Position numbers and translations under genes: made by a program
The notes under the pieces: model-generated
What the model saw: the letters and a program-made list of their open reading frames with translations, nothing else
The model's database searches: none
What the model was told of the DNA's origin: nothing
Shown: in pieces, positions 38,401-48,660 of the stretch
Position numbering within the stretch: position 1 is the first letter of the stretch
Layout: the number at the start of each line of letters is the position of its first letter
From: Macrostomum hystrix
Taxonomy: Eukaryota; Animalia; Platyhelminthes
DNA length: 64,000 nt
Assembly: GCA_950097015.1 (NCBI GenBank)
Contig: CATNEN010000025.1
Span: 4,030,001 to 4,094,000, forward strand
Reading direction: 5' to 3'

Positions 38401-41400
38401 TCCTGCCTCGATCCCTCTCTGCCCAACTTTAATCCTTGCCCCCGCCTCACTCCCCGCCCCCGCCTCACTCCCCGCCCCCGCCTCACTCCCCGCCCCCGCC
38501 TCACTCCCCACCCCGCCTCACTCCCCGCCCCCGCCTCACTCCCCGCCCCGCCATACTCCCTGCGCCCGCCTCACTCCCCGCCCCCGCCATACTCCCTGCG
38601 CCCGCCATACTCCCTTCCCCAATCTCACTCCAAGCCCCCCACTTCACTCACCTAACTTATCAACTCCCGACTGGCGTCTGCAGATGCTCGCGGACTGCTG
38701 AGCGATGATTTCGATCTTTCTGACGACAGAGGCGCGGGCAGAAAGTCTACCGATTCAACCGCTGACGCCGACGATGACGGCGACGGCGAGACCTACACTG
38801 TGGAGCAGGCTGTGGAGAAGCTGGGCTTTGGTCGATTCCAATTGCGCATTCTCTTTATCTGCGGAATCATGACTGTGAGTGCATTGTACCAAAGCTGGAC
38901 TTCACAATTTCGATTCCTAGTAATTGGATATAGGACAGAAAAATTGCAACCCTAACTTAGGGTTTCCACTCTTTCCAGAATGGACATTCCACTCTTATTG
39001 TCATAGCTCTCCCTCCGTTTTTCTTATTCTTGAATTGAAACAAAAGAAAGCATGAGTTTTTCACTTTGGCTTCTCCTGGTCAAAAAGCTTTATTGTTTGC
39101 TAGCTGTTTTACTGTGACAGCTGTTCCCGATTGTGTGCTAACAAACAATTCTGAGCTTCTAAGCTGCTCAAGTTCCTGCTCTGAAACTCTCGTGTATACC
39201 AATAGTCTATAGTTTGTTTCTAGCCCGAGCCACATTTGCAGTATAGTTAACTGATGGTTTACTAAATCGGTTACTAAGAAGGAGAGAGAGCGATAGAGAG
39301 AAGTAGAGTGAGGAATAGAAGGAGAGGCAGAGAAGTAGAGTGAGGAATAGAAGGAGAGGCAGAGAAGTAGAGTGAGGAATAGAAGGAGAGGCAGAGAAGT
39401 AGAGTGAGGAATAGAAGGAGAGGCAGAGAAGTAGAGTGAGGAATAGAAGGAGAGGCAGAGAAGTAGAGTGAGGAATAGAAGTAGAGGCAGAGAAGTAGAG
39501 TGAGGAATAGAAGGAGAGGCAGAGAAGTAGAGTGAGGAATAGAAGGAGAGGCAGAGAAGTAGAGTGAGGAATAGAAGTAGAGGCAGAGAAGTAGAGTGAG
39601 GAATAGAAGGAGAGCCAGAGAAGTAGAGTGAGGAATAGAAGGAGAGGCAGAGAAGTAAAGTGAGGAATAGAAGGAGAGGCAGAGAAGCAGAGTGAGGAAT
39701 AGAAGGAGAGGCAGAGAAGTAGAGTGAGGAATAGGAGAGGCAGAGAAGTAAAGTGAGGAATAGAAGGAGAGGCAGAGAAGCAGAGTGAGGAATAGAAGGA
39801 GAGGCAGAGAAGTAGAGTGAGGAATAGAAGGAGAGGCAGAGAAGTAAAGTGAGGAATAGAAGGAGAGGCAGAGAAGTAGAGTGAGGAATAGAAGGAGAGG
39901 CAGAGAAGTAAAGTGAGGAATAGAAGGAGAGGCAGAGAAGTAGAGTGAGGAATAGAAGGAGAGGCAGAGAAGTAAAGTGAGGAATAGAAGGAGAGGCAGA
40001 GAAGTAAAGTGAGGAATAGAAGGAGAGGCAGAGAAGCAGAGTGAGGAATAGAAGATTCGCAGAGTCTGGTGGTAGGCAAAGCTGCAGCTGATGGTTGTGC
40101 TAATCAGCCAAGTGCTGTGTGAAGCAAGAATCTGCCGTACCAGGCACTCCAAAGTGCTACTTACACTAGTAGTAACTAGAAGCCGAAACTAACAAACCAA
40201 AAACAGGCAGCAGATGCCATGGAGATGCTGCTTCTGTCAGTGCTGGGTCCGGCTCTGCGCTGCGATTGGCGACTCACCTCCGCCCAGGTGGCTGTCATCA
40301 CCACCGTGGTCTTCGCCGGCATGTTCGTCGGCGCGCCGTCCTGGGGCGCCGTATCCGACAAGCACGGCAGGAGGGGCGTGTTCGGTCTCAGCCTATGCCT
40401 GATTGCCTATTTCGGCCTGCTGTGTTCATTTTCGCCCAGTTTCACCTGGCTAGTGACCCTGCGCGGCCTTGTTGGCTTCTGCATCAGCGGGGCGGCTTCG
40501 TCTTTCACGCTGCTATCCGAGTACCTGCCCCAGGCCTACAGAGCCAAAGTACTCATCATCTACAATGTGTTCTGGGGCATTGGCAGCTCGTTTGAGGTGC
40601 TGCTGGCTTATCTGGTACTGCCAACCTTGGGCTGGCGTTACCTCACCGCCTTTTCAGCTCTGCCACTGTTCCTCTTCACCCTGGCACTGGGGGTGAGTGC
40701 GGCTTGGGGTGTGACTGCAGATTTGGGTGTGACTGCAGATTTGGGTGTGACTGCTGATTTGGGTGTGACTGCTGATTTGGGTGTGACTGCAGATTTGGGT
40801 GTGACTGCAGATTTGGGTGTGACTTGTAATTGGCTTGTAATTGGTAGTTGGGGTGTGAATTGGGAATCAGAATTGAGTAGGGATCAGGATGTGAGTAGGG
40901 ATCAGGGTGTGAGTGTGAATCATGATGAGTAGGGATCAGGGTGTGAGTAGGAATCAGGATGTGAGTAGGAATCAGGATGTGAGTAGGAATCAGGGTGTGA
41001 GTGTGAATCACGATGAGTAGGGATCAAGGTGTGAGTGAGGATCAGGGTTTGAGTAGGGATCAGGGTGTGAGTAGGAATCAGGATGTGAGTAGGAATCAGG
41101 ATGTGAGTAGGGATCAGGGTGTGAGTGTGAATCACGATGAGTAGGGATCAGGGTGTGAGTGTGAATCACGATGCGTAGGGATTAGGGTGTGAGTTGAGAC
41201 AGTGGGGCTTGGTAAGGTTTTTGATTGAATTACATCAGCAGAATCTCTCTGAGAATCCAACTCACTCGCAGTTTCTGCCAGAGTCGGCGAGGTATCTGCT
41301 GGCGTCGGGCCAGACTCGAAAAGCGGCCGCCATCATCGACCAGATCGCCCGTGACAACCGGAAGCCGCCGATGACCGGCCGGCCAGTGGCTGCCGATGTC

Positions 41401-44400
41401 ACAGAGGCAAGTGACCTTTTTTGTCATTTTAAAACTATCTCAACTCAACTGAACTTATCTTCCGTTGCAGTCGGACCGGGGCACCATCTGGTCTTTGTTC
41501 CATCACAGCTATCGTCGCACCACCCTGACGCTATTCTTCATGTGGTTCGGTGTAGCCTTCCTTTACTATGGCATTGTGCTGATTAGCACCGAGATCTTCC
41601 ACTTCCACAGCGACTGCTATGGCACCTCGCAGGTCACGGTAAGGCCGGTGAAGGATCAGGGGATTAGTGACAGCACTCTGAAGGACTAGGGGATTAGAGA
41701 CAGCACTCTGAAGGATTAGGGGATTAGTGACAGCACTCTGAAGGATCAGGGGATTAGTGTCAGCACTCTGAAGGATCAGGGGATTAGTGACAGCACTCTG
41801 AAGGATCAGGGGATTAGTGACAGCACTCTGAAGGATCAGGGGATTAGTTACAGCACTCTGAAGGACTAGGGGATTAGTGTCAGCACTCTGAAGGACTAGG
41901 GGATTAGTGACAGCACTCTGAAGGACTAGGGGATTAGTGACAGCACTCTGAAGGATCAGGGGATTAGTGACAGCACTCTGAAGGACTAGGGGATTAGTGT
42001 CAGCACTCTGAAGGACTAGGGGATTAGTGACAGCACTCTGAAGGATCAGGGGATTAGTGACAGCACTCTGAAGGATCAGGGGATTAGTGACAGCACTCTG
42101 AAGGATCAGGGGATTAGTTACAGCACTCTGAAGGACTAGGGGATTAGTGACAGCACTCTGAAGGACTAGGGGATTAGTAACAGCACTCTGAAGGATCAGG
42201 GGATTAGTTACAGCACTCTGAAGGACTAGGGGATTAGTGTCAGCACTCTGAAGGACTAGGGGATTAGTGACAGCACTCTGAAGGACTAGGGGATTAGTGA
42301 CAGCACTCTGAAGGACTAGGGGATTAGTGTCAGCCCTCTGAAGGACTAGGGGATTAGTGACAGCACTCTGAAGGATCAGGGGATTAGTGACAGCACTCTG
42401 AAGGATCAGGGGATTAGTGACAGCACTCTGAAGGATCAGGGGATTAGTGACAGCACTCTGAAGGACTAGGGGATTAGTGTCAGCACTCTGAAGGACTAGG
42501 GGATTAGTGTCAGCACTCTGAAGGATCAGGGGATTAGTGTCAGCACTCTGAAGGACTAGGGGATTAGTGTCAGCACTCTGAAGGATCAGGGGATTAGTGA
42601 CAGCACTCTGAAGGATCAGGGGATTAGTGACAGCACTCTGAAGGATCAGGGGATTAGTTACAGCACTCTGAAGGACTAGGGGATTAGTGTCAGCACTCTG
42701 AAGGACTAGGGGATTAGTGTCAGCACTCTGAAGGACTAGGGGATTAGTGTCAGCACTCTGAAGGACTAGGGGATTAGTGACAGCACTCTGAAGGACTAGG
42801 GGATTAGTGACAGCACTCTGAAGGACTAGGGGATTAGTGACAGCACTCTGAAGGATCAGGGGATTAGTGACAGCACTCTGAAGGACTAGGGGATTAGTGT
42901 CAGCACTCTGAAGGACTAGGGGATTAGTGACAGCACTCTGAAGGACTAGGGGATTAGTGACAGCACTCTGAAGGACTAGGGGATTAGTGACAGCACTCTG
43001 AAGGATCAGGGGATTAGTGACAGCACTCTGAAGGACTAGGGGATTAGTGTCAGCACTCTGAAGGACTAGGGGATTAGTGTCAGCACTCTGAAGGACTAGG
43101 GGATTAGTGACAGCACTCTGAAGGACTAGGGGATTAGTGACAGCACTCTGAAGGATCAGGGGATTAGTGACAGCACTCTGAAGGACTAGGGGATTAGTGA
43201 CAGCACTCTGAAGGATCAGGGGATTAGTGACAGCACTCTGAAGGACTAGGGAGTTAGTGTCAGCACTCTGAAGGACTAGGGGATTAGTGACAGCACTCTG
43301 AAGGATCAGGGGATTAGTGACAGCACTCTGAAGGACTAGGGGATTAGTGACAGCACTCTGAAGGATCAGGGGATTAGTGACAGCACTCTGAAGGATCAGG
43401 GGATTAGTGACAGCACTCTGAAGGATCAGGGGATTAGTGACAGCACTCTGAAGGACTAGGGGATTAGTGACAGCACTCTGAAGGACTAGGGGATTAGTGT
43501 CAGCACTCTGAAGGACTAGGGGATTAGTGTCAGCACTCTGAAGGATCAGGGGATTAGTGTCAGCACTCTGAAGGATCAGGGGATTAGTGTCAGCACTCTG
43601 AAGGATCAGGGGATTAGTGTCAGCACTCTGAAGGATCAGGGGATTAGTGTCAGCACTCTGAAGGATCAGGGGATTAGTGTCAGCACTCTGAAGGATCAGG
43701 GGATTAGTGACAGCACTCTGAAGGATCAGGGGATTAGTGACAGCACTCTGAAGGATCAGGGGATTAGTGACAGCACTCTGAAGGACTAGGGGATTAGTGA
43801 CAGCACTCTGAAGGACTAGGGGATTAGTGCCAGCACTCTGAAGGACTAGGGGATTAGTGCCAGCACTCTGAAGGACTAGGGGATTAGTGTCAGCACTCTG
43901 AAGGACTAGGGGATTATTGTCAGCACTCTGAAGGACTAGGGGATTAGTGTCAGCACTCTGAAGGACTAGGGGATTAGTGCCAGCACTCTGAAAAATCAGG
44001 AGATTAATTTCCGTGCTGTTAAGGATCATGGGATTAGTGACAGCGCTGTAAAGGATCAGTGGTCAAGGATCAAGGATCAGGGATTAGTAACAGCACTGTG
44101 AAGTATCAGGGGGATATTTCAGCAGTATTGGAGGTTTTTTATCCCCAAAAACGCCTTCAAGGTGGGTCACAACGCCACAGAGATTGTCTCGGATGATTCC
44201 TGCTGCCGCAGTCTGCAGCCGGACGACTACAAGGCGATGCTGATTTCTTCATTCGGCGAATTCGTCATCATTCCATTTAACCTCATCACAATTGACGCCC
44301 TGGGCCGTCGCTGGACAATGGCTATTAACTACGGCCTCACCGGCTTATTCTTCGGCCTGACCTACCTGTGCGTGCCAAAGGCGGCCACAACAGCCTTCTT

Positions 44401-45831
44401 GTTCATGATCAGGGCGCATGCGTCAGGCATATTTAACACCATCTACATCTATACTGTGGAGGTGGGCTGCTGGTGTCATGGAGCCTGATACCAATAATAC
44501 ATTTGTTACTAGCTAGGCCACATGAAAAATCTGTTTAGTTTCTTAGAATGCTTTTGAAAAGTGAAAAATCGACATAATCCAATCAGAATCTACCCAAATC
44601 TACCAAAATCTACTGAATCGAATCAGAATCTACCCAAATCTACCAAAATCTACTGAATCGAATCAGAATCTGCCAAAACCTACTAAAATCTACTAAATCG
44701 AATCAGAATCTACCCAAATCTACCAAAATCTACTGAATCGAATCAGAATCTACCAAAACCTACCAAAATCTACTGAATTGAATCATAATCTACCAAAACC
44801 TACCAAAATCTACTGAATCGAATCAGAATCTACCCAAATCTACCAAAATCTACTGAATCGAATCAAAATCTACCCAAATCTATCAAAATCTACTGAATCG
44901 AATCAGAATCTACCAAAACCTACCAAAATCTACTGAATCGAATCAGAATCTACCAAAACCTACCAAAATCTACTGAATCGAATCAGAATCTACCAAAACC
45001 TACCAAAATCTACTAAATCGAATCAGAATCTACCAAAACCTACTAAAATCTACTGAATCGAATCAGAATCTGCCAAAACCTACTAAAATCTACTAAATCG
45101 AATCAGAATCTACCAAAACCTACTAAAATCTACTAAATCGAATCAGAATCTACCAAAACCTACTAAAATCTACTAAATCGAATCAGAATCTACCAAAACC
45201 TACCAATATGTACTAAATCGAATCAGGATCTACCCAAATCTACCAAAATCTACTGAATCCAATCAGAATCTAATAAAAATCTAATAAAATCTACCAAAAC
45301 CAACAGAATCTACCAAAATCTACAAAATCCAATCAGAATCTACCAAAATCTACAAAATCCAATCAGAATCTACCTGAATCTACAAAATGCAATCAGAATC
45401 TACCAAAATCTACAAAATGCAATCAGAATCTACCAAAATCTACAAAATCCAATCTGAATCTACCCGAATCTACCTCCCATTTGCAGGTCTACCCAACTGT
45501 AGTGCGCAGCATCGGTCTCGGCATCTGTTCGTCTATGGCCCGACTCGGCTCCATGTCAACGCCATTCGTAGCCCAGGTGCTCATGCCTGACGTCAGCGTG
45601 TTTCTAGCCTTCTGCATCTACGTTGTCGTTGCCCTACTTTGTACCGGACTGTCGCTGCTTCTGCCGATTGAAACTCGCGGCCGGGCGATGCCGCAGAGTC
45701 TGACCGAGGCGGCCGAAGCTGCGGCCAAGGCCGATCCGGACGTTGTCGCCTACAGGACCGGTAGCGAGGCTGGCGAAGGTCGAGGCGCCACAGCTGAGAT
45801 TCGCATGCAGAGTCGCTCGGGTGATGGCTAG
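32459..45831 (+). CDS. SVOP: Synaptic vesicle 2-related (SVOP/SVOPL-like) MFS transporter, 7 exons, 566 aa
   Basis: Exons 32459-32534, 38684-38874, 40207-40692, 41272-41406, 41471-41638, 44162-44461, 45487-45831 total 1701 nt with all phases matching. Motifs: YTVEQAVEKLGFGRFQ, ADAMEM, WGAVSDKHGRR (MFS loop motif), LSEYLP, PESARY, YYGIVLISTEIF, EVYPTVVRSIGLG, LPIETRGRAM. Intron 4 is GC-AG. Confidence 0.93.
32735..33862. repeat. 28-bp minisatellite (~40 copies), SVOP intron 1
   Basis: Unit gttctgttgtgtaatggttaggctaagg; period 28 at 33001/33029. Confidence 0.97.
34462..36675. repeat. 15-bp satellite (~145 copies), SVOP intron 1
   Basis: Unit tctcatctcactgtc; source of the SHLTV and MRDSE pseudo-ORFs. 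Confidence 0.97.
37192..37762. repeat. 24-bp minisatellite (~23 copies), SVOP intron 1
   Basis: Unit caggtactgtagctagaatctaat. Confidence 0.96.
38085..38640. repeat. C-rich 36-bp then 18-bp minisatellites, end of SVOP intron 1
   Basis: Units cactcactgttcccacttcactcccagcccccacca (38085-38390) and cccccgcctcactccccg (38440-38640). Confidence 0.9.
39290..40055. repeat. 32-bp purine-rich minisatellite (~24 copies), SVOP intron 2
   Basis: Unit gaggaatagaaggagaggcagagaagtagagt. Confidence 0.96.
40705..41195. repeat. Two 18-bp minisatellites filling SVOP intron 3
   Basis: gggtgtgactgcagattt (40705-40825) and gtgagtagggatcagggt (40870-41195). Confidence 0.92.
41648..44105. repeat. 30-bp satellite (~80 copies) filling SVOP intron 5
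   Basis: Unit aaggactaggggattagtgacagcactctg; source of the QSAVTNPLIL pseudo-ORF. Confidence 0.98.
44575..45475. repeat. 40-bp (grading into 30-bp) repeat of aatctac-based 10-mers, SVOP intron 6
   Basis: Unit aatcagaatctacccaaatctaccaaaatctactgaatcg; 30-mer after ~45300. Confidence 0.94.
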
Positions 45832-45879
45832 TGGCTTTTTTCACTGACTAGCCAGTCAATGAAGATGCTGAACAAATAA

Positions 45880-46290
45880 AATTGGCCAGCCAATGAGAAT
45901 ATTTGATCAACTCGGTTACAGCCTTTAAAAAATGTGGGTCTGTAAGATTTAACAGAGCCAATAAAAACTTTCGACTGATAAGATTAGCCAGCAAATGAAA
46001 ACTTTCGGCAAATTTTATTGGCCAGCTAATTAAAACCTTCGGCCAATTTAATTAGCCAGCCAATAAAAACCTTCGGCCAATTTTATTGGCCAGCCAATTA
46101 AAACATTCGGCCAATTTGATTAGCCAGCCAATAAAAACTTTCGGCCAATTTTATTGGCCAGCCAATTAAAACCTAGGGCCAATTTGATTGGCCAGCCAAT
46201 AAAAACTTTCGGCCAATTTTATTGGCCAGCCAATGAAAACGTTCGTCAAAAAGTATATCAGCCAATGTCCAATGAAAACGTTCGATCAAT
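45880..46290. repeat. ~34-bp CCAAT/poly(A)-signal-containing repeat just 3' of the SVOP stop
   Basis: Unit attggccagccaataaaaactttcggccaatttt with alternating AATAAA/ATTAAA. Confidence 0.85.
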
Positions 46291-47129
46291 TAGATTGAAT
46301 CAATTCGATAATAGCCTAATCAAACTCTGACTAACCAGGGTGGCAATATTTTTAACCAAATAGCTTGAACAGTACTATAAATTAGTTCTAATTTTATATC
46401 AATATTGGTTGCGGCTTGCTCTATATTGTATTGAAAATGGCTTGTAGCAACTGGAGCTTCGTTTTTTTCCGGAATTGTGATACAAAGATTGCTGCTTGCT
46501 TTTTTAGTCTTTCTTAGAATTCCAATTAATAAAATGTACTTTTGTTGTGTTTGTATTTATTCGCGAATTCCGATATTAACGCTATTACTTGTTGTCCTTT
46601 CTAAGCATTTCTTATTTGTTTATTGAAGTAGACCTTTGCATAACTTCATTCGTTATTTGTCAATAGTAGCAGTGATTTTTTTGTTTAAATCGAGTCTTGA
46701 TTGTTTTATCTTACTTCAAAGAGTCTTCATGACCAGCTGTACTGAGATTTTTATTCTATGAATTCTATGATTTGTTTACTCAATAAAACTTTCCAGATCA
46801 TGTTCTGTATTGATGGTATTCGGTGTGACTTTCCCTATGTGTGTGTGTCGTGCATATCAGCCTATCTTAGTGATGGCAAATCCTTTATTTCCAGCGTAGA
46901 TCCACTATTTACAATATACCGCAGTTTTTGTAGTTAGCTTAGATCAGTTTCTTTTAAAGTGTGCCTCAGCCGAAATGTCTGTGTTTAGTTTTATTAACCT
47001 ATTTTTCTTTTCCTACTCGTACATTTCTGTATTTCTGTTTCTGAGCCCGAGCCTGAGCTGCAAGAAGAAGATTGGTGGAGAAAGAGGGACAGGAAACGGG
47101 CGGGGTAGAGTGAGAGTGTAGTGGAGTCA

Positions 47130-47700
47130 AGAGGGAGGGTGGAGTGAAGTAAAGTGAGAGTGAGAGTGGAGTAGAGAGAAAGGATGGAGTAGAGAGAGGG
47201 CGGAGAGAGAGGGTGGAGAGAGAGGGTGGAGTAGAGAGAAGGTGGAGAGAGAGGGTGGAGAGAGAGGGTGGAGAGAGAGGGTGGAAAGAGAGGGTGGAGA
47301 GAGAGGGTGGAGTAGAGAGAGGGTGGAGAGAGAGGGTGGAGAGAGAGGGTGGAGAGAGAGGGTGGAGAGAGAGGGTGGAGAGAGAGGGTGGAGAGAGAGG
47401 GTTGAGTAGAGAGAGGGTGGAGTAGAGAGAGGGTGGAGTAGAGAGAGGGCGGAGAGAGAGGGTGGAGAGAGAGGGTGGAGAGAGAGGGTGGAGAGAGAGG
47501 GTGGAGAGAGAGGGTGGAGAGAGAGGGTGGAGAGAGAGGGTTGAGTAGAGAGAGGGTGGAGTAGAGAGAGGGCGGAGAGAGAGGGTGGAGAGAGAGAGTG
47601 GAGAGAGAGGGTGGAGAGAGAGGGTGGAGTAGAGAAAGGATGGAGTAGAGAGAGGCCGTACAGGGAGAGGGCAGAGTGCAGGAGAGAATGAGAGGGAGAG
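47130..47700. repeat. GA-rich simple repeat
   Basis: (gagagagagggtg)n variants. Confidence 0.92.
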
Positions 47701-47836
47701 AGCAGAAATCCGTAGTAGATTATTAAATTTCCGTTTCACGTGAAACAGTCAGCAGCTTACAACCCGTGTCAGCCTATGTATTCAGTTTCAGTGTCCAACA
47801 AACAGCCAGTGCGCTAATCTCTCCTAGTAGCAGACA

Positions 47837-48082
47837 ATGCAAATGCGCTGGTCCCGCATAGCCAGCAACCTGCTGGTGTTCGGCTTCGGCTTCGCCTGCG
47901 GCTACGCGGCGTACGCCGGCAGGCTGAAATTCCTGCGCTGGCGGCAGGACCGGCTGGCCAGGAAGCTGGGCTCCGTGCGCGACCAGCTGCGGCGGGCCAC
48001 GGGCGAGACAACGGCTGCTGCGGCTGCGGCAGCGGCGGCGATTCGTCGAGCCGGCGATCCATCAGACGGGTTTCCGCTCTGA
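47837..48082 (+). CDS. MTLN: Mitoregulin (MTLN/MOXI/MPM)-like microprotein, 81 aa
   Basis: LLVFGFGFACGYAAYAGRLKFLRWRQDRLARKLGSVRDQL aligns without gaps to human MTLN as I recall it (VLVAFASGVLLGWQANRLRRRYLDWRKRRLQDKLAATQKKL): F-x2-G-x3-G-[WY] TM motif and [YF]-L-x-W-R-x2-R-L-x2-K-L. GC-rich coding island; acceptor tagcag| 3 nt before the ATG. Confidence 0.75.
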   Translation: MQMRWSRIASNLLVFGFGFACGYAAYAGRLKFLRWRQDRLARKLGSVRDQLRRATGETTAAAAAAAAAIRRAGDPSDGFPL

Positions 48083-48149
48083 TTGCGCTGCGACTTGTTG
48101 ATGACTGAATGGAGGCTGGAGAAAGAGGGCAAAGTTTTTAGAGAATGGC

Positions 48150-48345
48150 GAGGGAGTACATGGCAAAGAAGTACACGGGTAGGATTAGGGAGTACAGGGG
48201 AGGATTTAATGTACACGGGTAGGATCAGGGAGTACACGGGGAGGATTAGGGAGTACACGGGGAGGATTAGGGAGTACACGGGGAGGATTAGGGAGTACAC
48301 GGGGAGGATTAGGGAGTACACTGTGAGTATTAGGGAGTACCCGGT
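48150..48345. repeat. 21-bp minisatellite
   Basis: Unit gggagtacacggggaggatta. Confidence 0.9.
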
Positions 48346-48660
48346 GTGGAACTGGGAGCATTCGGTTGCGAGGACTGTAAACTAAGTGGCTATAAAAAAA
48401 TATTCGAATAGCTGTTGACCTTCGATTTTTTCAATGTGTTAATGTACTGTTCCACTTAGTTTTTTACTTTGTTTGTGTATGTTTTTATTTGTTTTCTTAA
48501 ATCCTCATGCCCTATATAAAAATATACAGTTTTTTGTTCGAAGATGCTTTTTTAAGTGTTTTTGCACAAAATCGACTTATTGTTGTCGTTTGTTAGGCAC
48601 ACAATTTTAGATGAAAAAAGCGTTTTACACTGCTTATACTCGTAATTAAAACGCTTTAAG

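Noticed and set aside
39207-40152. 290-aa hydrophobic repeat ORFs
   Set aside because: Antisense reading of the 32-bp intronic repeat.
41531-44029. 832-aa minus-strand ORF (QSAVTNPLIL repeats)
   Set aside because: 30-bp satellite filling SVOP intron 5; no unique coding context.
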